Position numbers and translations under genes: made by a program. This document shows, piece by piece, positions 19,244 through 27,916 of a stretch of DNA of 38,144 nucleotides; position 1 is the stretch's first letter, and each line of letters opens with the position of its first letter. Source of the DNA: Candidatus Bathyarchaeota archaeon (GTDB taxonomy: Archaea; Thermoproteota; Bathyarchaeia; TCS64). The DNA is taken from the NCBI GenBank assembly GCA_020697635.1, contig JAEHCT010000001.1, forward strand, positions 1-38,144. Reading direction: 5' to 3'. The notes below the pieces were generated by a model. It was not told where the DNA came from, did not search any database, and worked only from the letters and a program-made list of their open reading frames with translations.

Positions 19244-19534
19244 TTAACCCAGTCTGTACGAGCCGTCGCTATACTCGAAGACCGTGATCTCGTCGCCAGG
19301 ATTAAGCAGCCTGTAGATGGGTTCACGTACCTTCACCTTTAAGCCCTCGGCTACGACGACGTAGTACAGAGTCATGAGGATGAAGACCCCAGCATAGGTC
19401 ACGGTCCTCTTCGTGGTCTTGTCCGCGATCCTTGTGCTGAAGGACCTTATCGGTTTAACTAACACCCGTTTCGCCACGAACACCACGAGGATCAGCAGGA
19501 TCGCCCCAGCGACCATAAAAGATGTGTTTATCAA
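19244..19534 (-). CDS. Small membrane-anchored protein (DUF2500-like pattern)
   Basis: N-terminal TM, beta-rich body and VxxxxYxxLxPGDxxxV pattern; follows the XRE gene after 12 bp. Confidence 0.65.
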   Translation of the reverse strand: MINTSFMVAGAILLILVVFVAKRVLVKPIRSFSTRIADKTTKRTVTYAGVFILMTLYYVVVAEGLKVKVREPIYRLLNPGDEITVFEYSDGSYRLG

Positions 19535-19546
19535 AGCTTCGCCCCT

Positions 19547-19759
19547 TTACCCTAGCTTGATCTCGTCTTCCTGGAAGAGGAAGACCGCCTCCACCGGCTC
19601 GCCGAAGGCCGTGGCGATCCGCACCGCCAGCAGCAGCGAGGGGTTGTACTCGCCGTTCTCGACGAAGCTGATGGTCTCACGCCTAACCCCTACGAGCTTG
19701 GATAGATCCGCTTGGGTGTAACCCATGCGGGCCCTGAGTTCCTTTATGCGGGTCCTCAT
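19547..19759 (-). CDS. XRE/Cro-CI family HTH regulator
   Basis: TQADLSKLVGVRRETISFVENGEYNPSL; start overlaps the upstream stop. Confidence 0.92.
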   Translation of the reverse strand: MRTRIKELRARMGYTQADLSKLVGVRRETISFVENGEYNPSLLLAVRIATAFGEPVEAVFLFQEDEIKLG

Positions 19760-20166
19760 CTCTTCACGCTCTTCGTCAATGTGACCCTCGCCACGAAGTA
19801 TACGGCCAGCTGAGCCATCAAGCCGAGTAGCAGCACGGGCGGCGACCCGATCTTGGGCCAGGGCATCCAGTTCTCTGCGGCGAACTCGTACCAGAGCAGC
19901 GCGAGCCAGACGTAGTTGCCCAGCATGAAGGCGGCCCTTCCGGCCTTGCCCTCTAGGAGCATCGTCCGCTCGTCGGTGACGGCGAACCCCTGGAGCCTAT
20001 CCTCCCTCTTCACCAGCATGCGGTCGACCATGAAGCCCCCTATGGCTATGATGACCGCGACGTTGGCTGCGCTGAGGAGCCCGAAAGTGCCTGTACCGAA
20101 GACCCAGAGGGCCGCGGCGGCTCCTGCCAGTGCCACTACGACGGTTGCTATTTGTGTTCTCTTCAT
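19756..20166 (-). CDS. DUF2178-like membrane protein
   Basis: Four TM helices with a central DER motif (TDERT...KAG), AGGAGG SD, and typical pairing with a small XRE gene. Confidence 0.75.
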   Translation of the reverse strand: MKRTQIATVVVALAGAAAALWVFGTGTFGLLSAANVAVIIAIGGFMVDRMLVKREDRLQGFAVTDERTMLLEGKAGRAAFMLGNYVWLALLWYEFAAENWMPWPKIGSPPVLLLGLMAQLAVYFVARVTLTKSVKR

Positions 20167-20179
20167 TCTCGTTTCCTCC

Positions 20180-20239
20180 TGTTTGGTTTACCATACTTTA
20201 TGTGTGTTTTATCACACACGTTGTTATGTTAACCTAACA
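20180..20239. promoter_or_regulatory. Three tandem 18-bp palindromic operators (TGT-N12-ACA-like) at 21-bp period
   Basis: TGTTTGGTTTACCATACT (20180), TGTGTGTTTTATCACACA (20201), TGTTATGTTAACCTAACA (20222); minus-strand TATA TTTAAATA at 20245-20252. Confidence 0.7.
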
Positions 20240-20374
20240 CCCCGTATTTAAAGGCTCCGCATAGTCAACCCTTAAACCACAAGAAACGTCCATAGTAACA
20301 TGGGTAAGCACGTCCACGTCTGCACCGTGGACCACCCACGCACAGTCACCTATGCAACACGGGAGCAGTAGAAG

Positions 20375-21001
20375 ATGCTACAAGAGATCATAAGTAAAGT
20401 CACGGAACACCTGATAGCCCTCGATGAGGCTAAAGACAGGGGCTACCCTAAGGCCCGGAAGGCGAGGATCCTCAGCAAGCAGTCGATCCTCAGGCTACAT
20501 AAAGGTGAACCAGAAAAAGCCCAGCGACTCATCTCCGAGGCGGCGAGCCTGCTCAACGAGGTTCGGGGAGTTGGAGACGCGTTCCCCGGCATCCAGAGCA
20601 GCGAAACAGTGGTGGCGGCGCTGCAGGAATACGCGGAGGCAGCTATACTCCACTCTCTAATCACCGAGAAAAAGTATCCATCCCCAGAGGAACTGGGGGT
20701 TGAGGCGACCGACTACGTGCTGGGACTCGCGGATGTCCCAGGCGAGCTCAGGCGACAAGCACTGGACAGCCTCAGAGAAGGCGACCTAGAGGCTGCTGAG
20801 GGCATCCTCGAGACCATGGAGGAGATATATCTCTGCCTGGTCGAGGCCGAGGAGGCGAGCATGATGCTCAAGGGGATGCGCCGGAAGCTGGACATCGCCC
20901 GCGGCGTCATCGAACGCACGAGGGCCGAGGTCACGGCGGAGATCGGGAGGCGTCGCCTCTCCCGGGAGTTAGGGTCGTTCAGGAAACGACGGGAGGCCTA
21001 G
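20375..21001 (+). CDS. Translin/TRAX (C3PO) family protein
   Basis: QEYAEA, DYVLGLADVPGELRR, MRRKLDIARGVIERT. Confidence 0.85.
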   Translation: MLQEIISKVTEHLIALDEAKDRGYPKARKARILSKQSILRLHKGEPEKAQRLISEAASLLNEVRGVGDAFPGIQSSETVVAALQEYAEAAILHSLITEKKYPSPEELGVEATDYVLGLADVPGELRRQALDSLREGDLEAAEGILETMEEIYLCLVEAEEASMMLKGMRRKLDIARGVIERTRAEVTAEIGRRRLSRELGSFRKRREA

Positions 21002-21231
21002 CCTGCGCTCCGCCTCGGCGAGCAGGTTGTAGGCGTCGAAGAAGTGCCTCGGGCCTCTCGAAACGGTCTCGACGAGGGCTTCGCGGTCCTTCTCCGTGTC
21101 GATGACACTAGATCTCCGCGCCCAGGTATCCAGCCAACAGATTCACTCGTGATGTGACACGCTGCCCATCCGTTCATCTAAACGTGAGTGACGTCTTGTG
21201 ACTGCCACGCAACAATATGATGTGGGAGCCT

Positions 21232-21528
21232 CTACTTGTGCCGCTTTATCCTGTTGGTCTTACGCTCCGCGGCGCGGTACGCGAACTTCCGGGAGGTGCT
21301 TATCTGGCTCCTGTGGTAACGGTATCGTCGGCCCTCTTGGTCGCTGAGGGCGTCGTAGAACTCGGGGTACGTGATCTCCTCGCTGAAAAGCTTGGTGATG
21401 ACGTCGTTAAGCGACTCTCTGTCCTCGGGCGCGGCCTCGTCGAAAGCCTTCTCATAAGCCTGGTAAGCCACGTTGAACTTGAAGTCGTTGCTATCGAAAC
21501 TCAGCTTCTTAGTCTCTTCGCTGCTCAT
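21232..21528 (-). CDS. Hypothetical protein, acidic helical N-terminus and basic C-terminal tail
   Basis: Genome-typical codon usage; start MSSEETKK at 21528; TATA-like TATAAA upstream on the minus strand. Confidence 0.7.
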   Translation of the reverse strand: MSSEETKKLSFDSNDFKFNVAYQAYEKAFDEAAPEDRESLNDVITKLFSEEITYPEFYDALSDQEGRRYRYHRSQISTSRKFAYRAAERKTNRIKRHK

Positions 21529-21691
21529 ACGTCTACAGTCCGGTGAGACAAGTATAGCACACACCAGATTTATAGGTTCCCTGTCACGTCCACGGTTGAA
21601 AGGTTTTAAAAAGATTCTCGACGGTGTATTGAAGCGGATATTCGGAGCCTCTCAAGGCTTAGAGTATACTAGCTGAGTAGGAGTGAAAGAG

Positions 21692-21856
21692 TTGAGTGAT
21701 CGAAGACGCTTCGACAGAGGCCCACGCGAGATGCATAAGGCGATCTGCAGCGACTGCGGACAGGAGTGCGAAGTCCCGTTCAAGCCCACCGAGGGCAGGC
21801 CGGTCTACTGCCAGGAGTGCTACCAGAAGCATAGGCCACCGCGCCGCAGGTATTAA
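21692..21856 (+). CDS. CxxC-x17-CxxC zinc-ribbon microprotein (54 aa)
   Basis: Not in ORF track. MSDRRRFDRGPREMHKAICSDCGQECEVPFKPTEGRPVYCQECYQKHRPPRRRY; AGGAGTGA SD before the TTG. Confidence 0.92.
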   Translation: MSDRRRFDRGPREMHKAICSDCGQECEVPFKPTEGRPVYCQECYQKHRPPRRRY

Positions 21857-22008
21857 ACCCGTGAGCAGCCCCGCGGTTAATAACATATTTTATATTTCAC
21901 CCGTTCTATGGATTCATCGCTAGACAGGAAGAATGAGACTATTGTGTATCTTAGTATAGGACCGTTCTCACACTCGGCAGGTCTAGCGGACATTATGGAG
22001 GAACAGCC

Positions 22009-23451
22009 ATGGTAGAGCACCATATCCAGATCTACGATACCATGACCCGGCGGAAACGCCGATTCAAGCCACTTAACCCACCCACAGTCACAATGTACGT
22101 CTGTGGCCCCACCGTCTACGGTGACCCCCACATAGGTAACCTCAGGACCTTCACCCTCGGCGACCTCATAAGGCGGTGGCTGGAGCACAGGGGCTACCTG
22201 GTCAAGTACGTCATGAACATCACGGACATCGAGGACAAGACCATCAGGGACAGCGGCAATGCCGGTAAGACCCTCAAAGAGTTCACCGACTACTACACAG
22301 GCGTCTTCTTCCGGGGCCTGGACCTGCTGAGCGTCAAACGGGCGACCGCCCATCCGCGGGCCACGGTGTACGTGCCCCAGATGATAGAGTTCATACAGAC
22401 GTTGATGGAGATGGGGGTAGCCTACAACGCCGAGGACGGCGTCTACTTCGACATCGACAAGTTCCCCCGGTACGGCGAGCTCAGCGGCGTCGACATCGGC
22501 AAGGTTGAGCGCACCGAGCGCGTGGCCTCCGACGAGTACGACAAGGAGGACGCCCAGGACTTCAGCCTCTGGAAGAAGGCGACGCCGGAGGAGATTGAAC
22601 GAGGCATCTACTTCGAGTCTCCGTGGGGCAGGGGCCGCCCCGGCTGGCACATAGAGTGCAGCGTCATGAGCAAGGAGCTCCTCGGCGACACCGTGGACAT
22701 CCATGCGGGCGGCGAGGACCTGGCGTTCCCCCACCACGAGAACGAGGTGGCCCAGAGCGAGACCGTCACCGGTAAAAAGTTCGTCAGGTTCTGGCTCCAC
22801 ATGAGGCACCTCATGATCGACGGAGGCAAGATGAGCAAGAGCCTCGGCAACTACGTGAGCTTCGACGACATACTCGACAAGCATACGCCAGACGCGCTGC
22901 GATACCTCTATATAGCCACCCACTACAGGCGGCCGCTGAACTTCACGTGGGGCAACATGGAGAACGCCCAGAACACGTTGAACCGCCTCGAGAACACGCT
23001 GGACCTCATCGAGAACACCATGAAAGGCCCAGACGACAACATGGACTACGGAGAACGAGAGAAAAAGCTCCTAGAGACGGTAAGGGCTGAGAAGAGGGGC
23101 TTCGTCGAGGACATGGACGACGACTTCGACGCGCCCGACGCGTTAGGCCACCTCCATGCCATAAACGGAGCCGTCAACGAGTACCTCACGGAGCCAGCAA
23201 ACAAAGGCGTGCTCAGGGAGGCCGCCGACATCTACGGGGAGCTCCTGGGTGTACTAGGGCTCTTCGAGAAGCGCAGTGCAGGCGGCGACGAGGCCACGGA
23301 GCGGCTCATCGCCATGATCACCGACCTGCGGGAGGAGCAGAGGAAGGAGAAGAACTACGCCTTCGCCGACCTCATCAGGGACAGGCTGGCCGAGGCCGGC
23401 GTCGAGATACAGGATACAGCCGACGGCACCACCTGGAAGCTGAAGAGCTAA
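22009..23451 (+). CDS. cysS: Cysteine--tRNA ligase
   Basis: MYVCGPTVY, HIGN, NITD, GRPGWHIECS, FPHHENE, KMSKS. Confidence 0.97.
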   Translation: MVEHHIQIYDTMTRRKRRFKPLNPPTVTMYVCGPTVYGDPHIGNLRTFTLGDLIRRWLEHRGYLVKYVMNITDIEDKTIRDSGNAGKTLKEFTDYYTGVFFRGLDLLSVKRATAHPRATVYVPQMIEFIQTLMEMGVAYNAEDGVYFDIDKFPRYGELSGVDIGKVERTERVASDEYDKEDAQDFSLWKKATPEEIERGIYFESPWGRGRPGWHIECSVMSKELLGDTVDIHAGGEDLAFPHHENEVAQSETVTGKKFVRFWLHMRHLMIDGGKMSKSLGNYVSFDDILDKHTPDALRYLYIATHYRRPLNFTWGNMENAQNTLNRLENTLDLIENTMKGPDDNMDYGEREKKLLETVRAEKRGFVEDMDDDFDAPDALGHLHAINGAVNEYLTEPANKGVLREAADIYGELLGVLGLFEKRSAGGDEATERLIAMITDLREEQRKEKNYAFADLIRDRLAEAGVEIQDTADGTTWKLKS

Positions 23452-23579
23452 CTACCCCTTTTTCTGATCGTCTCAAGTCTTCACTTCTCGACGCTCTACT
23501 GAAACCCCTCATACACGTCCCATGTGTTCATCGCAGCCCGGTTCGAAGACTTTTATCCTCACAAACGGCTGTCAAAAGT

Positions 23580-25043
23580 ATGACGCGTTTAACCAAGGAG
23601 AAACAATCAACCTTGGACTGGCTCGAGGAGAACTCCGCCGAGATGTACGGGATGAGCGACACCATCTTCAAGTGGGCGGAGCCGGGCCTCAGGGAGTACA
23701 GGAGCAGCAGGCTCCTCGCCGAGTACATGGAGGGGAACGGCTTCACGGTGGAAACGGGCGTCGCCGACATGCCCACGGCTTTCACGTGCACTTGGGGCGA
23801 CGGGGGCCCCGTAATAGGGTTCTTCGCCGAGTACGACGCAACGCCGGGGCACAGCCAGAGGCCGGTGCCCTACATGGAGCCCGACGTGCCCCACGGCCCC
23901 GGGTTCACTGACGCCCACAACATGCTTGGGGTGGCGGGCTGCTTCGCCGCCGTGGCGCTCCGTGACGCCTCCTTGGAGCACGGGCTCCCTGTACGCATCA
24001 GGCTCCTGGGGACGCCAGCGGAGAAGCTCTGCGTCGGGAAGCCATACATGGCGAGGGACGGGTTCTTCGACGGCATGGACGCACTGCTGGCGTGGCACCC
24101 CGGCGGCCCGACCACTGTGCTCGGGGAGGTGTGGCCCCGGACCTATAAGAGCATGGTCTTCACCTTCAAGGTGGACGCCGCCGCGGAAGGCCAGAGTGGC
24201 GCCGTCACGTACCCAGGCGCCCTAGACGCCGCTGTCCTGATGTATAACAACGTGAACATGATGAAGGAGCACATGCCCGCGCTGATGAGACGCGGCGGCA
24301 GCATCAACGAGTTCATCATGACCGGTGGCCAATGCACCGTCGCCAACCCGGTGCTCAGCCAGATCGTTTACGCGTGGAGGAACAGCAGCCTCGCGGATCA
24401 GGAGGCAGTGGGTAGTGTCGTGGAGCGGTGCGCCCGAGGAGCCGCATTGGTGGCTGACTGTCTGATGGAGCCCAGGGTCATCACCGCCGTCCGCACCGGG
24501 CTGCCCAACACCGTGATGAAGGACGTGGTGTGGAGGCACCTCAACGAGGTGGGTCCGCCGGCGTACACCGAGGAGGACAAGGAGTTCGCCCGCGCCATAC
24601 AGTGCACCATGGGCGTGAATCCCATGGAGGAGCCGCTGTACACCGAGGTAGTGCCGCCGGAGAAGGCGTACGGGGACTTCCACCCGGCCGATGACGTCAA
24701 CGAGTTCACGTGGCACTGCCCCACGGCGCGCCTCTACGTCAGCAAGGCCCTGGCCCCCGCCCCCGGCGTCAGGTACCCGCGCTGGGCGAGCAGCGCCCTC
24801 TGCGGAGTCGGCGTCACCCACAGGATGGGAGTGTGCGCCGCCCAGGTGCTCAGCTTGAGCGCCGTGGAGCTCCTCCTGAAGCCTACGCTGCTGAAGGAGG
24901 CGAAGACGGAGTTTCGGGAGAGGAAGAGGAGACACGACGAGAAGCCGCTGCTTCCCATGGGACTAAAGCCGCCAACGGAGCTGCGTTGGCCAGAGTGGGT
25001 GAGCAGGCCCGGCGAGGAATGGTGGATACCACCGACGCGGTGA
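23580..25043 (+). CDS. M20 amidohydrolase, AbgB-like
   Basis: AEPGLRE, MPTAF, AEYDATPG, GTPAE, WHP, TGGQ. Confidence 0.82.
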   Translation: MTRLTKEKQSTLDWLEENSAEMYGMSDTIFKWAEPGLREYRSSRLLAEYMEGNGFTVETGVADMPTAFTCTWGDGGPVIGFFAEYDATPGHSQRPVPYMEPDVPHGPGFTDAHNMLGVAGCFAAVALRDASLEHGLPVRIRLLGTPAEKLCVGKPYMARDGFFDGMDALLAWHPGGPTTVLGEVWPRTYKSMVFTFKVDAAAEGQSGAVTYPGALDAAVLMYNNVNMMKEHMPALMRRGGSINEFIMTGGQCTVANPVLSQIVYAWRNSSLADQEAVGSVVERCARGAALVADCLMEPRVITAVRTGLPNTVMKDVVWRHLNEVGPPAYTEEDKEFARAIQCTMGVNPMEEPLYTEVVPPEKAYGDFHPADDVNEFTWHCPTARLYVSKALAPAPGVRYPRWASSALCGVGVTHRMGVCAAQVLSLSAVELLLKPTLLKEAKTEFRERKRRHDEKPLLPMGLKPPTELRWPEWVSRPGEEWWIPPTR

Positions 25044-25180
25044 GCCACGGCGTCGAGCCTCTTCCCGCTTTATGCATCTGAGTCGCCGGGAAAGAACGAT
25101 ACCCTATATAACACATTCGGGGATTCGTCGCAAATACTTTAAGGAAAAAAGTGAACCTTCATTCACCGAAAGGTGTTAAA

Positions 25181-26356
25181 ATGTCAAGGGATACTGAGAA
25201 AATATATATTGGCGCAATGGCTGTCATCGTTGTCACATATCTAATATGGCTGGGGCTGGCTGTTAGCGGCGGCATGAGACCCGCTGCGCCAACAGGCGAC
25301 ACTGTCACAAAAGCCGAGTACGATGCACTTCGTGATCAACTGTCTCAGGTGGAGGCACAGCTATCACAGGTCCAAGCTGAGCTAGACGAGGCGCAGGCAC
25401 AGATAACGTTGCTGAGCAAGCCTCCGAAAGTTGGACTCGTCTTAGCGACCGGCGGCCTTGGCGACAAATCGTTCAACGACATCAGCTTCGCAGGCTGCGT
25501 CAGAGCTCAAGAGGAGCTTGGCGTGGAGTTCGACTATGTTGAGCCCACCGCCATCGCCGAGTACGAGGGTTACCATAGAGACTTTGCCATGAGCGGCGAG
25601 TACATGCTCATCATATGCATCGGGTTCGACCAAGCCGACGCCTTGGCGACGGTCGCGACGGAGTACCCCGACCAGAACTTCGCCATCGTAGACATGGTGG
25701 TTGACGCCCCCAACGTGGCGAGCCTGACTTTCGCCGCCAACGAGGGCAGCTTCCTCCTAGGCGTCGTGGCGGGCCTGACCACCGAGACGGGGAAGGTTGG
25801 ATTCGTCGGAGGCATGGACATCCCCCTCATCAGAGACTTCTTCGAAGGATATGAGGCCGGCGCGCTCTGGGCAAACCCGGAGATGGAGGTGCTTGAGCCC
25901 GTGTTCGTCGGCGACTGGGGCGACCTAACCAAAGGCAAGGAGCTAGCGACGAGCCTAATCGAGGCCGGCGCAGACGGCATCTTCGCTGCGGCTGGCGGCA
26001 GCGGGCTAGGAGCCCTAGGGGCTTGCGACGAGCTGGACGTCACAGGGTACGGCGTCGACGCGTGTCAGTGCTACCTCAACGACAACATGCTGGCATCAAT
26101 GACTAAACGCGTGGACAACGCGGTTTACAAGATGATCCTCGATGCGCGGGTTGACGTGTTCCAACCCGGCTTCTACGGCGGCGGTCTAGCCGACGGATGG
26201 GTAGGCATGTGCCGTCTATCCGACGAGGAGGCGCTCTGGGAGGAGACGTTCGACTTCGTGCACCCCGAGATAACGGAGGACATCTTGAACAAGGTCATCG
26301 AGGCCAAGAACAAGATCATCGGCGGAGACATCACGGTACCGACAGGATACGACTAA
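25181..26356 (+). CDS. BMP family (nucleoside) ABC substrate-binding protein
   Basis: GGLGDKSFND, FAANEGSFLLG, GFVGG, AAGGSG, SMTKRVD; N-terminal TM plus coiled coil; AGGTG SD before ATG 25181. Confidence 0.9.
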   Translation: MSRDTEKIYIGAMAVIVVTYLIWLGLAVSGGMRPAAPTGDTVTKAEYDALRDQLSQVEAQLSQVQAELDEAQAQITLLSKPPKVGLVLATGGLGDKSFNDISFAGCVRAQEELGVEFDYVEPTAIAEYEGYHRDFAMSGEYMLIICIGFDQADALATVATEYPDQNFAIVDMVVDAPNVASLTFAANEGSFLLGVVAGLTTETGKVGFVGGMDIPLIRDFFEGYEAGALWANPEMEVLEPVFVGDWGDLTKGKELATSLIEAGADGIFAAAGGSGLGALGACDELDVTGYGVDACQCYLNDNMLASMTKRVDNAVYKMILDARVDVFQPGFYGGGLADGWVGMCRLSDEEALWEETFDFVHPEITEDILNKVIEAKNKIIGGDITVPTGYD

Positions 26357-26401
26357 GGAAAACACTTTAACCTCTACTCTCTCACCTTTTTTCAGTTTCA
26401 A

Positions 26402-27916
26402 ATGACCTCAGCCATACAGATGGTGGACATCACCAAGACTTTTCCCGGCGTGACGGCTAACGACAACATCGACTTCTCCGTTGATAAAGCCGAGATCCAT
26501 GGGCTGCTGGGGGAGAACGGGGCTGGAAAATCCGTTCTCATGAGCATACTCTACGGTCTCTACAAGCCGGACAGCGGAGACATACTGGTGGACGGCGAGA
26601 AGGTGGATATCTCTGGGCCCTCAGACGCCATGAGGCTCGGCATAGGGATGGTCCACCAGCACTTCATGCTGGTCCCCAGCCTCACAGTGGTGGAGAACGT
26701 CATCCTAGGGAGGGAGCCCACCGTCAATGGGGTGACGCTGGACATGGAGAGGATGCTCAGAGACGTGGCTGAGTCATGTAAGAGGTATAAGCTGGACGTC
26801 GACATCGAGGCCCCGGTATACCAGCTTCCGGTGGGAGTACAGCAGAGAGTGGAGATACTGAAGGCCCTCTACAGGGGCGCGGACGTCCTGATACTGGACG
26901 AGCCGACGTCAGTCCTCACCCCCGGAGAGACCGAGGAGCTGTTCAACGCAGTCAGGGAGCTCAAGGCCGACGGCAAGACCGTCATCTTCATCAGCCACAA
27001 ACTGAGGGAGGTCCTCGCCATCTGCGACAGGATCACGGTGCTGAAGAGGGGAAAAGTCGTTGGCACGGTACTGGCCGCGGAGACAGGCGAGGGGCAGCTG
27101 GCGGAGATGATGGTGGGCCGCAAGATCGTCTACGAGTTCACCAAGGAGGCCGAGTGCGGCCTCGAGCCCGTGCTGAGGCTTGAGGGCCTCGAGTGCCTAA
27201 GCGACCGTGGAATCCCAGCGTTACGCGGACTAGACCTCGACTTATGCGGCTCGGAGATTCTCGGAGTGGCGGGGGTGGAGGGAAACGGGCAGACCGAGCT
27301 CGTCGAGGCGGTGATGGGACTCAGGGAGTTGACTGGCGGCAGCGTCAAACTCGACGGCCAGGACATCACGGACACGCAGCCCAAAACGAGAATACAGATG
27401 GGAGTTAGCCACATCCCCGAGGATAGACATAAACGTGCCATCGTGCCCGACTTCAGCGTCCTTGAGAACTTGGTGCTCGGCAGCCAGAGGGACAGATTCA
27501 CAAGGAACGGGGTCAGCATCGACTTCGCCGAGGCTAAACGGTTCTCAACGGACATGATAAATGACTACCAGATAGCCACCCCCGGCCCCGAGACCCTGAT
27601 AAGGTATCTATCCGGAGGCAACCAGCAGCGCGTCGTCGTCGCCAGGGAGTTCAGCAGAGACCCCCCGGTCGTGATCGCCGCGCAGCCAACTAGGGGGCTG
27701 GACGTAGGCGCGACGGAGTACGTGCGTCGCAAACTTGTCGAGATGAGGGATCATGGAGCCGGTGTGCTGCTGATCTCCGCGGACCTAGACGAGATCTGGG
27801 CGCTCAGCGACAGGGTGGCTGTCATCTATGAGGGGAGTATCGTCGCGGTAAAGGCCGTCGACGAGACAGATGTACAGGAGATAGGCTTGCTCATGGCGGG
27901 TGGCGGCAATGAGTGA
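26402..27916 (+). CDS. Nucleoside/sugar (CUT2) ABC ATP-binding protein, double NBD
   Basis: GENGAGKS, MVHQHFML, LDEPT, GVEGNGQ, LSGGNQQ, QPTRGLD. Confidence 0.93.
   Translation: MTSAIQMVDITKTFPGVTANDNIDFSVDKAEIHGLLGENGAGKSVLMSILYGLYKPDSGDILVDGEKVDISGPSDAMRLGIGMVHQHFMLVPSLTVVENVILGREPTVNGVTLDMERMLRDVAESCKRYKLDVDIEAPVYQLPVGVQQRVEILKALYRGADVLILDEPTSVLTPGETEELFNAVRELKADGKTVIFISHKLREVLAICDRITVLKRGKVVGTVLAAETGEGQLAEMMVGRKIVYEFTKEAECGLEPVLRLEGLECLSDRGIPALRGLDLDLCGSEILGVAGVEGNGQTELVEAVMGLRELTGGSVKLDGQDITDTQPKTRIQMGVSHIPEDRHKRAIVPDFSVLENLVLGSQRDRFTRNGVSIDFAEAKRFSTDMINDYQIATPGPETLIRYLSGGNQQRVVVAREFSRDPPVVIAAQPTRGLDVGATEYVRRKLVEMRDHGAGVLLISADLDEIWALSDRVAVIYEGSIVAVKAVDETDVQEIGLLMAGGGNE

Noticed and set aside
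20969..21169. Minus-strand 67-codon frame with in-frame TGA at codon 9 (MGSVSHHE*ICWLDTW...), possible selenoprotein
   Set aside because: No recognisable family or SECIS, overlaps the translin 3' end, and the TGA is part of the TCAC motif. At most a gene fragment.
21659..21923. ORF-track calls 21659..21886 (-) and 21696..21923 (+)
   Set aside because: The real gene is the CxxC-x17-CxxC ORF at 21692..21856 in another frame.
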